A model generated the notes under the pieces. The model had not been told where the DNA came from and ran no database searches. It saw only the letters and a list, made by a program, of their open reading frames with translations. A DNA stretch of 64,000 nt from Azolla caroliniana (Eukaryota > Plantae > Polypodiophyta), in contig JBHGNT010000001.1 of the NCBI GenBank assembly GCA_043228905.1, positions 28,334,001 through 28,398,000 on the forward strand, given 5' to 3'. Positions 51,613-64,000 of the stretch are shown here, piece by piece (position 1 is the stretch's first letter; every line of letters begins with the position of its first letter). The translations under genes and the position numbers were made by a program.

Positions 51613-54600
51613 TGTTGGGATTATGGTCCCTTTCGGATGGGATGGTCGGATGTCCGAAGATGAATGCCGACAAGCCCGGTTTCGGTTTCGGAACCGGATG
51701 ATGAAGACCCCGGTTTCGGTTTCGGAACCGGATGATGAAGACCCCGGTTTCGGAACCGGATGACGAATTAACCCGGAGAGAGATCCGGATGCGGGGACAT
51801 ATCTGTGAATATGTTTGCCGAGAGCCCTTGAGGCTATAGTTGTAAATAGCCCTAAAGTCATATGGGTATAAATATGACTTAGGGCAAACAGTTTTGTTGT
51901 TGCTATTCATTTTTCTGTTTTTCCACTCTAGAGGAGTGAAGAGAGTGAGCAGCCGGAGAGAGAGATAGATCGCGCGCGAGAGAGAGAGAAAGAGGTCGAC
52001 GCCTCTGTGTATTTCCGCCGCCTGTGGCGAGGACAGCGAGCTCAAGGTCGTCGCCTTGCAGCTCGCCATTGTATACTTCTTTTGTATAGTGTTGGTTTGG
52101 AGTCTTGTACTCCCGTGGTTTTTCCCATCTAGGGTTTTCCACGTTAATCCTTGTGTTCGCGTTTTGTTTCTCCGTTTGGTTCCTATTTTCTGCTGCATTG
52201 ATCCGCGATTACTCGGTTGTGGCCGAGTGGTGAAGGTGAATCGAAGCGTCGATTCCCAACAAAGTGGTATCAGAGCGAACTGCTGCAGAAAATGGAAGGC
52301 GGCGGCAGCGGGCAACCGGGGATGATGGTGCTGAATGCGCAGAATTACGCCGACTGGAAGATCAAGATGGAGGATCTTCTGATTGTTCGGGACCTGTACG
52401 AACCGATTGACAGGTCGGAAATACCGAAAGGGGTACTTGAGTCGGAGTGGAAGCTCCTGAACCGAAAAGCCGTAGCGACGATCCGACAATATGTCGATGT
52501 AAGCGTCCTACAACATGTGGCGAACGACACCAACGCATATGAGATGTGGAAGAAGCTGTCGGGCCTCTACGAGAGGAAGAATGCGTTGAACCGGACCTCC
52601 CTGATGAGGAAGATAGTGAACCTCAAGTATCGAGACGGCGAGAGTATGGTGGAACACGTAAGCACGTTCATGGGATTCGTGAATCAGCTTGCGGCGATCA
52701 AGTTCCCGTTGGAGGATGCAATGCAAGCCATCATCCTGATGTGTACATTGCCGGAAAGCTGGGAGAACTTGGTGGTGACTCTCAGCACCTCCTGCACAGA
52801 AGATAACTTGTCCTTGCAAACGGTAAAGACGAGTATTTTGAATGAAGAAGCGCGTCGGAGAGATAAAGAACCGGCCTCCGACCCGAAGGCGCTGCTTACC
52901 GAATCGGATCGGGGAAGACAATGGAACCGGAGTCCGCAAAGACGGGAGAAGTCGGGGACCCGGTCGCAGTCAAGAGGAAGGCCCACATGCTTCCACTGTG
53001 GGAAGCCGGGGCACTTCCGAAAGAATTGTCGGCATTACCGAAAAGACAACGGAGCCGACGACACCGATTCGAAGAAGTCACCGGAGAGAAACGGTGCATA
53101 CCGGGGAGCCACGGACCGGAGAGGTTCGGATCGGCGAGGGCAGGACAGGAAAGGAACGACGGCACTCGCGGCAAGTGAGGAAGAAATCATGGTCATCACC
53201 GAAGAAGGTGAACTAAACATTGCCGGCGATGAGACGACCTGGGTGGTCGATTCCGGAGCATCGTTCCACCTGACCCCGGAGAGAAGATACTTCTCATCCT
53301 ACACAGCCGGTGAGCATGGCTGTGTTCGGATGGGAAATGAAGGTACGTGCCGGATTGCTGGCATAGGAGACGTGTGGTTGACAACCCCGATCGGATGCAA
53401 AATGCTGCTGAAGGATGTCCGACACGTTCCGGAGGTTCGATTGAACCTGATTTCGGCCGGGAGGCTAGACGATGAAGGCTACACAGGTAGCATCCGGAAC
53501 GGCGTGATGAAGTTCAGCAAGGGGAGCCTGATAGTGGCTCGGGCCCGGAAAGACAACACACTGTACCTGATGAATGCCCGGTTATGTCCGGAAGAGCTGA
53601 ATGTGGCAGCCGACACTGCCGGTGAGCTGTGGCACAAAAGACTGTGTCACATGAGTGAGAAGGGGATGAAGAGGCTTGCAGAAGACAACCTTATTCCAGT
53701 GAAGCATGTGCACCTGGAGAAGTGCACCGATTGCCTGGCCGGTAAGCAGAACCGAACCTCCTTCCACTCAAGGCCACCGACGAGACGTAGAGCACCATTG
53801 GAGTTGGTGCACACCGATGTGTGTCAGGTAGAAACGAAGTCACATGGCGGAGCCCAGTACTTCGTAACATTCATAGATGATCATAGCCGAAGACTGTGGA
53901 CGGCACCGATGAAGACAAAGGACCAAGTGTTGTCCGTCTTCAAAGAACTCCACGCGAGAGTGGAAAGAGAATCCGGCAAGAAGCTGAAAGCGATACGAGC
54001 GGATAACGGAGGGGAATACCGGGGACAGTTCCAGGAGTACTGTCGCTCGAAGGGAATCCGGCTCGAGTTTACTGTGCCGAAGACGCCGGAACTGAACGGG
54101 CTGGCCGAGAGGATGAACCGGACCATAATGGAGAGGGTCCGGAGTATGCTGGCGCATGCGAAATTACCCAAGGGGTTTTGGGTTGAGGCAATATCGACGG
54201 CGACATATGTGATAAACCGATCACCCTCAGTACCTTTGGACGGAGACACGCCGCAGAGAGTGTGGACCGGTAGGGAAGTATCCTACCGGCATCTGAAGGT
54301 GTTCGGGTGTCTCGCATACGTGCATGTGGCAAAGGACCGGAGAGGAAAGCTAGATCCAAAGACCCGGCCATGCATATTCCTCGGTTACGGCGATGACGAG
54401 TTCGGCTACCGAGTATGGGACCCGGTCGACAAGAAGATATTCAGGAGTCGAGACATCATCTTCATGGAGAACAAGACACTCGCCGACTAGGAGTCGGAGA
54501 AGAAGATGAAGAGCTCCAAGTCGACCGGTGAGGATCAACTCTACGAGGAGCAGTCCCGACCGGCAAGGGACCGGTTAGCACTCGAGGATCCGGCCGAAGA

Positions 54601-56990
54601 CGGTGAAGAAACAGAACCGGCCGAAGAAGATGAAAATGATACCGGAACCGGCCCCGATCCCGAAATGGATTCGGATGAAGAAGAATCGGAAGAATCGGTT
54701 ACCGAAGCTCCGGAACGGAGATATCCTCTAAGAGAGAGAAGGGCCCCCCGGAGATTTCCGGAACCAGAGCACCTGTTGCTAACCGACAAGGGGGAGCCGG
54801 AGAGCTTTGAAGAGGCAAAGCATGACACCCAGAGCCGCAGGTGGTTGAGTGCCATGCAGGACGAGATGGATTCCCTGCATGAGAACCACACATATGAACT
54901 TGTGGAGCTGCCGAAAGGAAAACGGGCACTCCGTAACAAGTGGGTGTTCAAGCTGAAACCGGGAGATGCCGGAAACCCCCCGAGATACAAAGCCAGGATC
55001 GTGGTGAAGGGGTTTCAACAGAAGAAGGGCGTCGACTTCGACGAGATATTTGCCCCGGTAGTGAAGATGACCTCCATCCGGACGGTGCTGAGCATAGCGG
55101 CAAGCATGGACCTCGAGGTAGAACAGATGGACGTGAAGACGGCATTCCTTCACGGTGACCTCGATGAAGAGATCTACATGCAGCAACCGGAAGGATTCGA
55201 GAAGAAAGGGAAGGAGCACCTGGTATGCCGATTGAAGAAGAGCCTTTACGGACTGAAGCAGGCTCCCCGGCAATGGTACCGGAAGTTCGACTCCTTCATG
55301 ACTGACGAAGGGTATCTCAAAACGCAGTCCGACCACTGCGTGTTTGTGAAGAAGTTCGAAGGAGGAGACTCTCTAATACTCCTCCTGTACGTGGACGACA
55401 TGTTGATCGTCGGACGGGACCAGGTCAAGATACGGATGCTGAAGAAGGCTCTCCACCGAACCTTCTCAATGAAGGACCTGGGTTCGGCGAGACAAATACT
55501 AGGGATGCACATCATCCGGGACCGGAAGAAGAAGCTGTTGTGGCTGTCACAGGAGAAGTACGTGACGAAGGTGCTTCACCGGTTCAACATGTCGGAAGCA
55601 AGACCGGTCGGATCGACCCTCCCGGCAAACTGCAAGCTGTCCAACAAGCAAAGTCCCAAGACAAAGGCTGAAAAGGAGGATATGATGAAAGTGCCATATG
55701 CCTCGGCTGTCGGGAGCTTGATGTACGCCATGGTGTGTACGAGACCGGACATCGGATATGCAGTCGGAGTGGTGAGCCGGTACATGAGCAATCCCGGCAA
55801 AGAGCATTGGAACGGGGCCAAGTGGATACTCTGATACCTGAAGGGCACGGCAAACGTGTGCCTCCGATTCGGCTCCGGTAAGCCCGAACTCGACGGCTTC
55901 ACCGATTCGGATATGTCGGCTGATGCAGATACCAGCCGGTCCACATCAGGGTATGTGATGACGTATGCAGGGGGAGCTGTTTCATGGTAGTCGAGGCTGC
56001 AGAAGACGGTTGCGTTGTCAACCACGGAGGCGGAGTACATGGCGGCTGTTGAAGCCGGCAAGGAAATGATATGGATGAAGGACTTCATTAGAGAGCTCGG
56101 TATCCGACAGGAGGAGTACCGACTCTACTGCGACAGTCAGAGCGCAATCCACCTTGCGAAGAACGCGGCCTATCACTCCCGGACGAAGCACATCCAGCGA
56201 AGATATCACTGGATCCGGGAAAGGATAGAAGACAAGGAGTTCGTGCTGACGAAGATCCACACGGACGAGAACGGGTCGGATATGCTGACCAAGGTGCTTA
56301 CACCCGACAAGCTGGAAGCATGCCGGAAGAGGATAGGAATGGAGAGACATCCCATACCGAAGTGAAGGGGGAGTTTGTTGGGATTATGGTCCCTTTCGGA
56401 TGGGATGGTCGGATGTCCGAAGATGAATGCCGACAAGCCCGGTTTCGGTTTCGGAACCGGATGATGAAGACCCCGGTTTCGGAACCGGATGACGAATTAA
56501 CCCGGAGAGAGATCCGGATGCGGGGACATATCTGTGAATATGTTTGCCGAGAGCCCTTGAGGCTATAGTTGTAAATAGCCCTAAAGTCATATGGGTATAA
56601 ATATGACTTAGGGCAAACAGTTTTGTTGTTGCTATTCATTTTTCTGTTTTTCCACTCTAGAGGAGTGAAGAGAGTGAGCAGCCGGAGAGAGAGATAGATC
56701 GCGCGAGAGAGAGAGAGAAAGAGGTCGACGCCTCTGTGTATTTCCGCCGCCTGTGGCGAGGACAGCGAGCTCAAGGTCGTCGCCTTGCAGCTCGCCATTG
56801 TATACTTCTTTTGTATAGTGTTGGTTTGGAGTCTTGTACTCCCGTGGTTTTTCCCATCTAGGGTTTTCCACGTTAATCCTTGTGTTCGCGTTTTGTTTCT
56901 CCGTTTGGTTCCTATTTTCTGCTGCATTGATCCGCGATTACTCGGTTGTGGCCGAGTGGTGAAGGTGAATCGAAGCGTCGATTCCCAACA
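51613..56990 (+). mobile_element. Young full-length Ty1/Copia element nested in the old Copia integrase
   Basis: LTRs at 51613-52261 and 56376-56990 are nearly identical. Perfect TSD TAGAG (51608-12 / 56991-95). PBS TGGTATCAGAGC (tRNA-iMet) at 52265-52276; PPT GAAGGGGGAG at ~56364-56373. Confidence 0.99.
52292..56365 (+). pseudogene. Copia gag-pol polyprotein (gag, CCHC, protease, integrase, RT, RNase H) in one frame with three in-frame stops
   Basis: CFHCGKPGHFRKNC, WVVDSGAS, LELVHTDVC, YKARIVVKGF, LYVDDML and STTEAEY. Stops are TAG 54488-90, TGA 55832-34 and TAG 55988-90. No frameshift. Confidence 0.93.
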
Positions 56991-58232
56991 TAGAGCTTGT
57001 GCACACAAACATCTGTGGGTCGATGCCCAAGAGATCTCTAGGAGGCTTCCAGTACTTCATTATATTCGTAGATGACTGTACACAGAAAGTTTGGGCCTAT
57101 TTGATTAGGTCGAAAGACGAAGCGCTTGAGGTCTTCACTCGGTGGATAGCCGAAGTGGAGAACCGATCAGGATACAGAGTGAAGACACTTTGATCCGATA
57201 ATGGAGGGGAATACACCTCCCGAGCCTTCAAGTAGTACCTATCCGTCAAAGGGATCCGACATGAAATGATTGTTCCCTATACTCCCATATAAAATGGTGT
57301 GGTGGAACGGATCAACCAGGCGATCTAGGAGAGAGTAATGACAATGCTCCAGCACTCTGGACTAAAGCCAGAATTCTGGACCGAAGCATTGCATACTGAT
57401 ACAATTATCTACCTGATAAATCTATCACTGTCGAAAACAATCAGGCTCGAAGTGTCCTAAGCACTATGGTCAGGAAAAGAACCAACCTACGACAGACTTC
57501 GTATATTCGGATGCGAAGCCTATGCATTAATCCCCAGGGAGAAAAGTACCAAGTTGGCGCCCCATGCAACTAAGTGCATATTCCTCGGTAATGGAACCAA
57601 TTGGGAATTCAGCTACATGCTATGGGATCCAGGGAACTTGAAGTTGATTCGGAGTAGTGACATAGTCTTCAATGAAGACTCAATTTTCTCTGAACATTAA
57701 AGACTCAAATTTCTCTGAACAAAACCAGTAAAAAACGGTCAGCAAAAATGTTTCCTTCGAAATCGATAGAGATGTCGTAGAACGACCGACCCAACGGGCC
57801 AAATAAAAAATTCGTCAAACAGTCGAAGAAAACTAAGCCAACGATCCCTCTATCGAATCCAAATCGACAAGAGGCCCACTAGTTGAAATAGATTCAACTA
57901 AGAGATTGACAAGAGGTGAAAGAGACAAAGTTGAAACGACGAAATCACCCAAACAAGCCAAGGTACTGAAAGGTCACATAGAACCAACCAAGGCACTAGC
58001 CAATTCGTCAATCGTGCTCGAAGAAGGGACTTGGAAGATTCGACATTACCGAAATCCTATCGCAGGGGTGAATAATCGAAAAGGAGTCTTGAAGATGGTT
58101 CAAGAAATACCGATCAACCAACAGAGATGATCGAAGAATCCGAACTAGACAAATCGGCACTAAGGAGATCTAGACGAGTTCAAAGACCGATAGAGTTGTA
58201 TCAATCGGGCCTTGACTACGTCAATTACACGG

Positions 58233-60222
58233 TGTCGTGATGTGGCGTGCTCAAGGGTGGGAAAAACCGGCGAAAGGGGGGTCAAAATGTGCATGTGCAA
58301 TGTGTGTGCACACAAAGGCGATTAATTGTGCATATGCAAAATAAAAAGGAAAAGAAAGGGTGGAAAGGAGGTATAGAAGCTCGTGAAAAAAAGTAAGAGA
58401 GAGGAGAGATAAAAGGTAGAGGGGAGACAAACTATTAATTTATAGAGATAGAATTATATATTGTATAAGAGAGAGTTAGTGGGCTAGTGGATAGTCACAT
58501 TAACTACTAGCTAGAGGTGCACAGTTTGAATCTAGTCTTACAGTGCATCGTGATTTAAGGAGTTTTATTCCTTTTTCATTGAAGACAAATTTGGCGACCC
58601 CCTCTTCTTTTTTCCTATAAAAGGAGGTCGAGGGGGGCTCATTCGGGGGGACGTTTTGGGAGGAGGAGACTATCGCCAATTTTCCTTTGAAGCTCTTCAT
58701 CTTCTTATTCACCACTTCTCTTCATCTCATACCCCTTCATCCCCCCATCGCCACGTGCTCGTCTTCTTCGCGTCGGCACTCAAAGTGCTCGTGAGCCCAA
58801 GCTTCGTTGGTTCGACATTGCGAACCCCATTCGTCATTGCGAGCCCATGTGCTCACCATTCGGGAGGTCGTGGTTCGTTGGGATTGGCATTTTGGTGGTG
58901 CTCGTGTGTTCATCTTCGCCGTGTTCGGATTTGCTTTTGTCTCTAAGGGCATTTAATATTTATGTTTCGATTGAGCTTGTGGTTAACTATAAGTTGCCAT
59001 TGTAAACAAAACCCTATTTTATAAAGGGTCCTCTTGCATTGGAATCGAATACGTATTTATCTCTTTGGTCGATATCATTCGTGTTTCTTTCTCTCCTTCT
59101 TTCTTTATTCGTGTCTTCCTTGTACGTTTGGCCGTCTTGTGACGAGGGAGCGTTTCGGGCGTGCCCATGCACCTCTCCTCCTCATAAAGACGTACGAGCA
59201 TTTGTGTGTATGTTTGTGTCTTCCGTGTACGTTCGGTTGTCTTGTGACGAGGGGACCGTTCGGGCTTGCCCATGCACCTCTCCTCCTCATAAAGGCGTAC
59301 GAGCATTTGTGCGTGTGTTTGTGTCTTCCGTGAACGTTCGGCCGTCTTGTGACGAGGGGACCATTCGGGCTTGCCCATGCACCTCTCCTCCTCATAAAGG
59401 CATACAAGCATTTGTGCGTGTGTTTGTGTCTTCCGTGTACATTCGGTCGTCTTGTGACGAGGGGACCGTTCGGGCTTGCCCATGCACCTCTCCTCCTCAT
59501 AAAGGCGTACGAGCATTTGTGCGTGTGTTTGTGTCTTTCTTGTACGTTCGACCGTCTTGTGATGAGGGAACCGTTCGGGCTTGCCCATGCACCTCTCCTC
59601 CTCATAAAGGCGTACGAGCATTTGTGTGTGTGTTTGTGTCTTCCTTGTACGTTCGGTCGTCTTGTGACGAGGGAGCGTTTCGGGCGTGCCCATGCACCTC
59701 TCCTCCTCATAAAGATGTATGAGCATTTGTGTGTATGTGTGTGTCTTCCTTGTACGTTCAGTCGTTTTGTGACGAGGAACCGTTTCGGGCTTGCCCATGC
59801 ACCTCTCCTCCTCATAAAGGCGTACGAGCATTTTGTGCGTGTGTTGTGTCTTCCTTGTACGTTCGATCGTCTCGTGACGAGGGAGCGTTTGGGCTTGCCC
59901 ATGTACCTCTCCTCCTCATAAAGACGTACAGACATTCGTGTTTGTGTTATCGTCCCCTTGTGCGTTCATGTTGCGTGCTCATCTTGCTTGTACCCGTTTT
60001 GTCACTTGGCTCGTGCGGTGATCTCGAAAGGTCGACGAGTCATGATCAATGAGAGCCACCAGCCTCACAAAACAAAGGGCAACGAGACCTTGCTCGGGAA
60101 GGGGTCGGCAAGTAGTATTGTCGTAAAGCAAACCTCGGGTCTTCTCTATCCCTTGAGTACTCCCTAGTCCAAGACCCCTATGGTCCCGCCCAAGTAACAC
60201 ACGTGCGCGAAACTTCGCGACA
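58233..60222 (+). mobile_element. Probable solo LTR (1990 bp) inserted in the old Copia
   Basis: TG...CA ends with imperfect terminal inverted repeats (TGTCGTGATGT / ACTTCGCGACA) and a 4-bp TSD ACGG/ATGG. Removing it restores the host frame YTDASEP. TATAAAAG at 58616. No coding domains. Confidence 0.75.
59111..59945. repeat. 105-bp tandem repeat, ~8 copies, inside the solo LTR
   Basis: CATG(C/T)ACCTCTCCTCCTCATAAAG occurs at 59166, 59271, 59376, 59481, 59586, 59691, 59796 and 59900. Confidence 0.97.
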
Positions 60223-60972
60223 ATGGACGCAAGCGAACCAAGCTCTTACGAGGAAGTCATAGCCACGCCAAATGCCGACATATGGCTACAAGCCATGAAA
60301 TCCAAGATGGACTCGATTAATCAGAATCAAACATGGGACATGGTCGAATTTTAGCTGGAAGGAAGTCGTTACCCTGCAGATGGGTCTTCAGATATAAATA
60401 TGATGATGGGGTTGACTATGATGAGATATTCTCACCAGTGGTCAAGATGACCACCCTTCGACTCCTACTTGGGGTTGTGGTGACTGAAGACTTGGAGCTT
60501 GAACAGCTGGACGTCAAGTCGACATTCCTACATCGAGACTTCGAAGAAGACATTTACATGTCTCAACCGTCAAGCATCACGACGACGGGGAGGACATTCA
60601 CCTTGTATGTCGACTGAAGAAAAACATTTATGGCTTAAAACACACGTCGAGGATGTGGTACCAAAGGTTTGACTTCTACATTCTGTAGCTTGGCTACCAC
60701 CGGTCCGACTTCGACCCATGTATGTACACTTGGCAACTAGTCGGAGAGTCCTGAATCTATCTAATCCTATCCATCAATGACATGCTCATTGCAGGGAGCA
60801 ATCTAATAGAGATCGGAAAACTAAAGTGGAACCTTCACGACAAATTTGTGATAAAGGAACTTGGACAAGCCCGACACATACAAGGTATGAAGATAGAACG
60901 AAATTAGACAACAAAGACACTTTGGCTCTCCCAGTCTGAATACATACAAAAGGTGTTGAAGCATTTCAACAT

Positions 60973-61460
60973 TAACAATCGGCAACGGTTCAGTTTGAAC
61001 CGAACCAAACCGCAAAACAATGGCTTAACGGTTTCAATGGTTCGGTTTGGTTCAGGTTTAGGTTTTTAAAAACGGTTCGATTCAGTTTTAATAGCCAGAA
61101 ACCGCAGTTTAAACGGTTTATTATTTATAAAAAAATTACAAAGATTTAAAATTTGTTTTTAAACCATCGTTTCATTTTTAGATCTTATTCTCACATTTTA
61201 GGAACATCTTTAAAAAATTTTAAAATTTTAAAAATGAAATATTATAAATTTAAATAAAATTAAAAGTTTGACCTATGTTGAAAACCGAAACCAAACCACG
61301 AAACCACGGTTTTTACGGTTTAATGGTTTAACGGTTTGAAAATGGTTTAACATTTCGGTTTCATGGTTTGGTTCAGGTTTCAAAAAATTTAAACAGTTCG
61401 GTTCCAAAACCGGTTTGGTTTGAACCCTCTCAAACCGAACTGAACCACTGCCGATTGTTA
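60973..61460. mobile_element. hAT-type MITE (488 bp) inserted in the old Copia RT region
   Basis: Perfect 8-bp TSD TTCAACAT (60965-72 / 61461-68). TIR TAACAATCGGCA/TGCCGATTGTTA extends imperfectly to ~25 bp. Many subterminal AAACCG/CGGTT motifs and an AT-rich core. Removal restores KVLKHFNMENAKP. Confidence 0.93.
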
Positions 61461-64000
61461 TTCAACATGGAGAATGCAAAGCCAACGTCAAGTTACTCCA
61501 CTTCCGACGTCAATCCGACTATCGAACAGAGACTCTCCTTCGACAGATGAAGAGAGAGAGCTCAATAGGAAGATCATGTCAAACCCAGGATGGAAGCATT
61601 GGGAAGCCGTTAAGCACATCTTTATGTATATGAGAGGATCCAAGGATGCACAACTGACTTTCGGATCAGCCAATTCGACCGAAGTCAAAGGTTATACCGA
61701 CTCCAACTATGCCGAAAATACAGATAATCAGAAGTCAACATTAGACTATCTTTTCACCTATGGTGGCGGCGCCATATCATGGAGGTTGAAGCTTCAAGAA
61801 TGCATGGCCCTATCTACCACAAAAGTTGAGCACATAGCAACATCAGAGGCGGCGAAGGAAGCCATTTGGGTGCACCGACTCTCAACCGACTTCTCGGTAA
61901 CAAGACGAATCGACCATCCAATGTGGACCATCTACTATGACCCTTAGAGTGCAATATACCTCATTCGGAATCCAATCTATCACGCGAAGACGAAACACAT
62001 TGAGGTGCAGTTTCATCATATCTGGGAGCTCGTAATAGAAAAGAAGCTCGAAGTTCGGAATATCAACACCGATGTGAACATCGTCGATTGCGCCCGACGA
62101 AGCCACTCCCAAAACAACACTTCGGAGCACTAAGGACAATGATGGGACTACAACAATCGACCGAGCAGAAGAGAGCCAAACAAACAATAACAGAAGGAAA
62201 GTCGAAGACCAGTTCGATCAAATGAGCCAAAAAGGCAAAGTCAAAAGAATCAAAATACCAAGAGGTTGAAGGTGCAGCATTGAGCAAGGACATCAACTGG
62301 AGAGGAGACGATCAAGGGATGAACGAACCTGAAGATAGATGGATGATCCAGCGGGGAGCCCAAGAGCAAGCACGAGCAGAAAACAAACTGTCGACCAGAG
62401 CCCGAGAGTAAGAATCAGACGTGAGTCAATCCAGACAAACGAGCCGATCTGGACGCAAGACGATTCGAACAAGTCAATCCGACCGACTTAGACAAGCCAA
62501 CTCGGACGACATACGATTTGGATAACTAGCCGAATTAGGCTAGAGCCAGACTTTACCTCTGTAAATTCGACCATATACCAACAATCTTGCATGTATACTT
62601 GTAATTATAGATTAAACCTGTAATCTAGGTTCACGGGGGGAGATAACCCCAATTATTTGTATACATAGGAAAGAGTAGCCCTTTTACAAGGGAGTTTGTT
62701 GGCATAAAAGGCCAACTCCTTCCACTTTGTATCTTTAGTGTGAACACATCTTCGAGTTAGGGCATGAGTATATAAAGGTTGACCCTAACATTGTATACAC
62801 TCTTAGAGAGAAAAGATCTATAGAGAACTTCCATTGAAGCTTAAATTATGTCTACCGTCTACCTTTCTTCCTCTTCTTCTTGTTACATATCTGTGTTGTT
62901 TGTTGTACACATCTTACTGCAAGTCGTCGTCATCATCCGTTGCCCACCACCATATCATCAACAAAGATTAGTTTTAACGTTCAAGACTTAAGCAAATGAC
63001 AAAGAGAGAAGTGTGTGCGTGTGTATGTATATATATACATATATCTTTTTAACGTCCATTAGAGATCAATAACATAGTGTCTTATAGTTTAGGCACTTGT
63101 TTATATTTGCAAGGCACTCATGCACGCTCACCATGTACCATATGGTCTATCTTTTTTAGAAATTAATGTTGAAACTTAAAGTGGTCAAGTGGATCTTATT
63201 TTCTTCTCAATTTATCCTTCATGTACCTTTATATAAGTACTATGCTATCTATATTTTCCTTATTATTGGTACTATATGTTTCTCAACATTGGTTGTTTTT
63301 CCACATGTGATGGCGTACAAGCAACAACAATAATGTGTATGTCTCTCTTATGTATGTAGCATGAAAATGGTTCCATTTATGGGTCCATGTGATTTTCAGT
63401 TATGTTTTAAAAAATGTGATGCTTCATTGGGTCTTATACAAAGTATAGGTTGCATAAAATGATGTTTTTCCCTAATAAATGCTAGTGAAGTGGTTTCAAA
63501 TTGATACCAATGTTTTTTATTGGATGTACGTCAAACTAGGAAAGGATGCAACACACAAAAGCATTCAAACATTTGGTGAAGCCCATGACATCATGGCGTT
63601 TGGTTTTTGTTGAGAATTGTTCATTTAAAAAGTAGAATGAGATTCAATCGGGCATATAGACGAGGATGTAAAGTATTGTCTTGGTGCATATAAATGTTCA
63701 AGGTGCAAATGACCATGTATGTGAGTTTAATCCTTTAGCCTGAAAGAACACACCTAGTTTCCATGCAACATTATTTGCTTCAACACTAACAATGGTTGCA
63801 ATCAAAGGTTTTGATTCCTTGAGGCAACATTGACATTGTTTTGATCATTTTCAAGTCCATTCAAGTTTGCACATTTATTCCACTTTGCCTCTAAGTAAAA
63901 GTCATGTTTATTGTTTTCAATGATGTCTTGAAGTTTACGAGCTTGTTTTGGTGCTTTGCTTGTGCAAATATATTTCTTTCACCAGATCAATCGAGATTAT

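Larger units (their letters stand above)
49761..62963 (+). mobile_element. Old, degenerate Ty1/Copia LTR retrotransposon (host of three nested insertions)
   Basis: LTRs at 49761-50042 and 62697-62963 (TGTTG...CAACA; roughly 20-25 substitutions plus indels by eye). TSD AAGGT/AAGAT. PBS TGGTATCAGA after the 5' LTR; PPT AAGGGAG before the 3' LTR. Broken gag, protease (WLLDSGA), integrase (PLELVHT, YFIIFVDD), RT (GVDYDEIFSPVVK) and RNase H (GYTDSNY, ALSTT). Confidence 0.95.

Noticed and set aside
51464-52489. 341-aa antisense ORF and its 236-aa twin at 56298-57008
   Set aside because: Both run across the LTR copies and their junctions, with no recognisable domain.
54488-55990. Copia stops rescued by U-to-C editing or programmed readthrough
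   Set aside because: U-to-C editing is known only in organelles and could not repair TGG>TAG. Three stops at conserved residues fit mutation better than recoding.
59019-59935. ORFs with 35-aa repeats (QMLVRLYEEERCMGKP...), the same period as a PPR motif
   Set aside because: The period comes from the 105-bp DNA unit. Several frames on both strands are open, there is no PPR consensus, and the array lies inside a TE.
59111-59945. CRISPR-like repeat array
   Set aside because: The units are contiguous with no unique spacers, the context is eukaryotic, and there are no cas genes.

Overview
AT-rich plant nuclear DNA, probably from a fern (inferred from the style of the PLS-PPR E domains and the divergent HD-ZIP III; not proven). 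Genes: two head-to-head PLS-class PPR genes flanking a tRNA-Glu(CTC); an 18-exon class III HD-ZIP gene (859 aa by my splice reconstruction) whose miR165/166 site is split by an intron; a convergent EF1-alpha gene; and a P-class PPR with an unusual ~28-aa N-terminal repeat. 49.8-63.0 kb is one old Copia element carrying three independent insertions with identifiable TSDs: a very young Copia with three in-frame stops, a 2-kb solo LTR containing a 105-bp satellite, and a hAT-type MITE. The best leads not explained by the ORF track are: a decayed DYW domain behind the stop codon of the second PPR; a mitochondrial-type tRNA-Gln relic in HD-ZIP intron 1; a G-quadruplex next to a weak splice acceptor; and a duplicated, potentially spliceable terminal exon in the HD-ZIP gene. 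I cannot demonstrate a wholly new biological system from sequence alone. All alignments and counts were done by eye.
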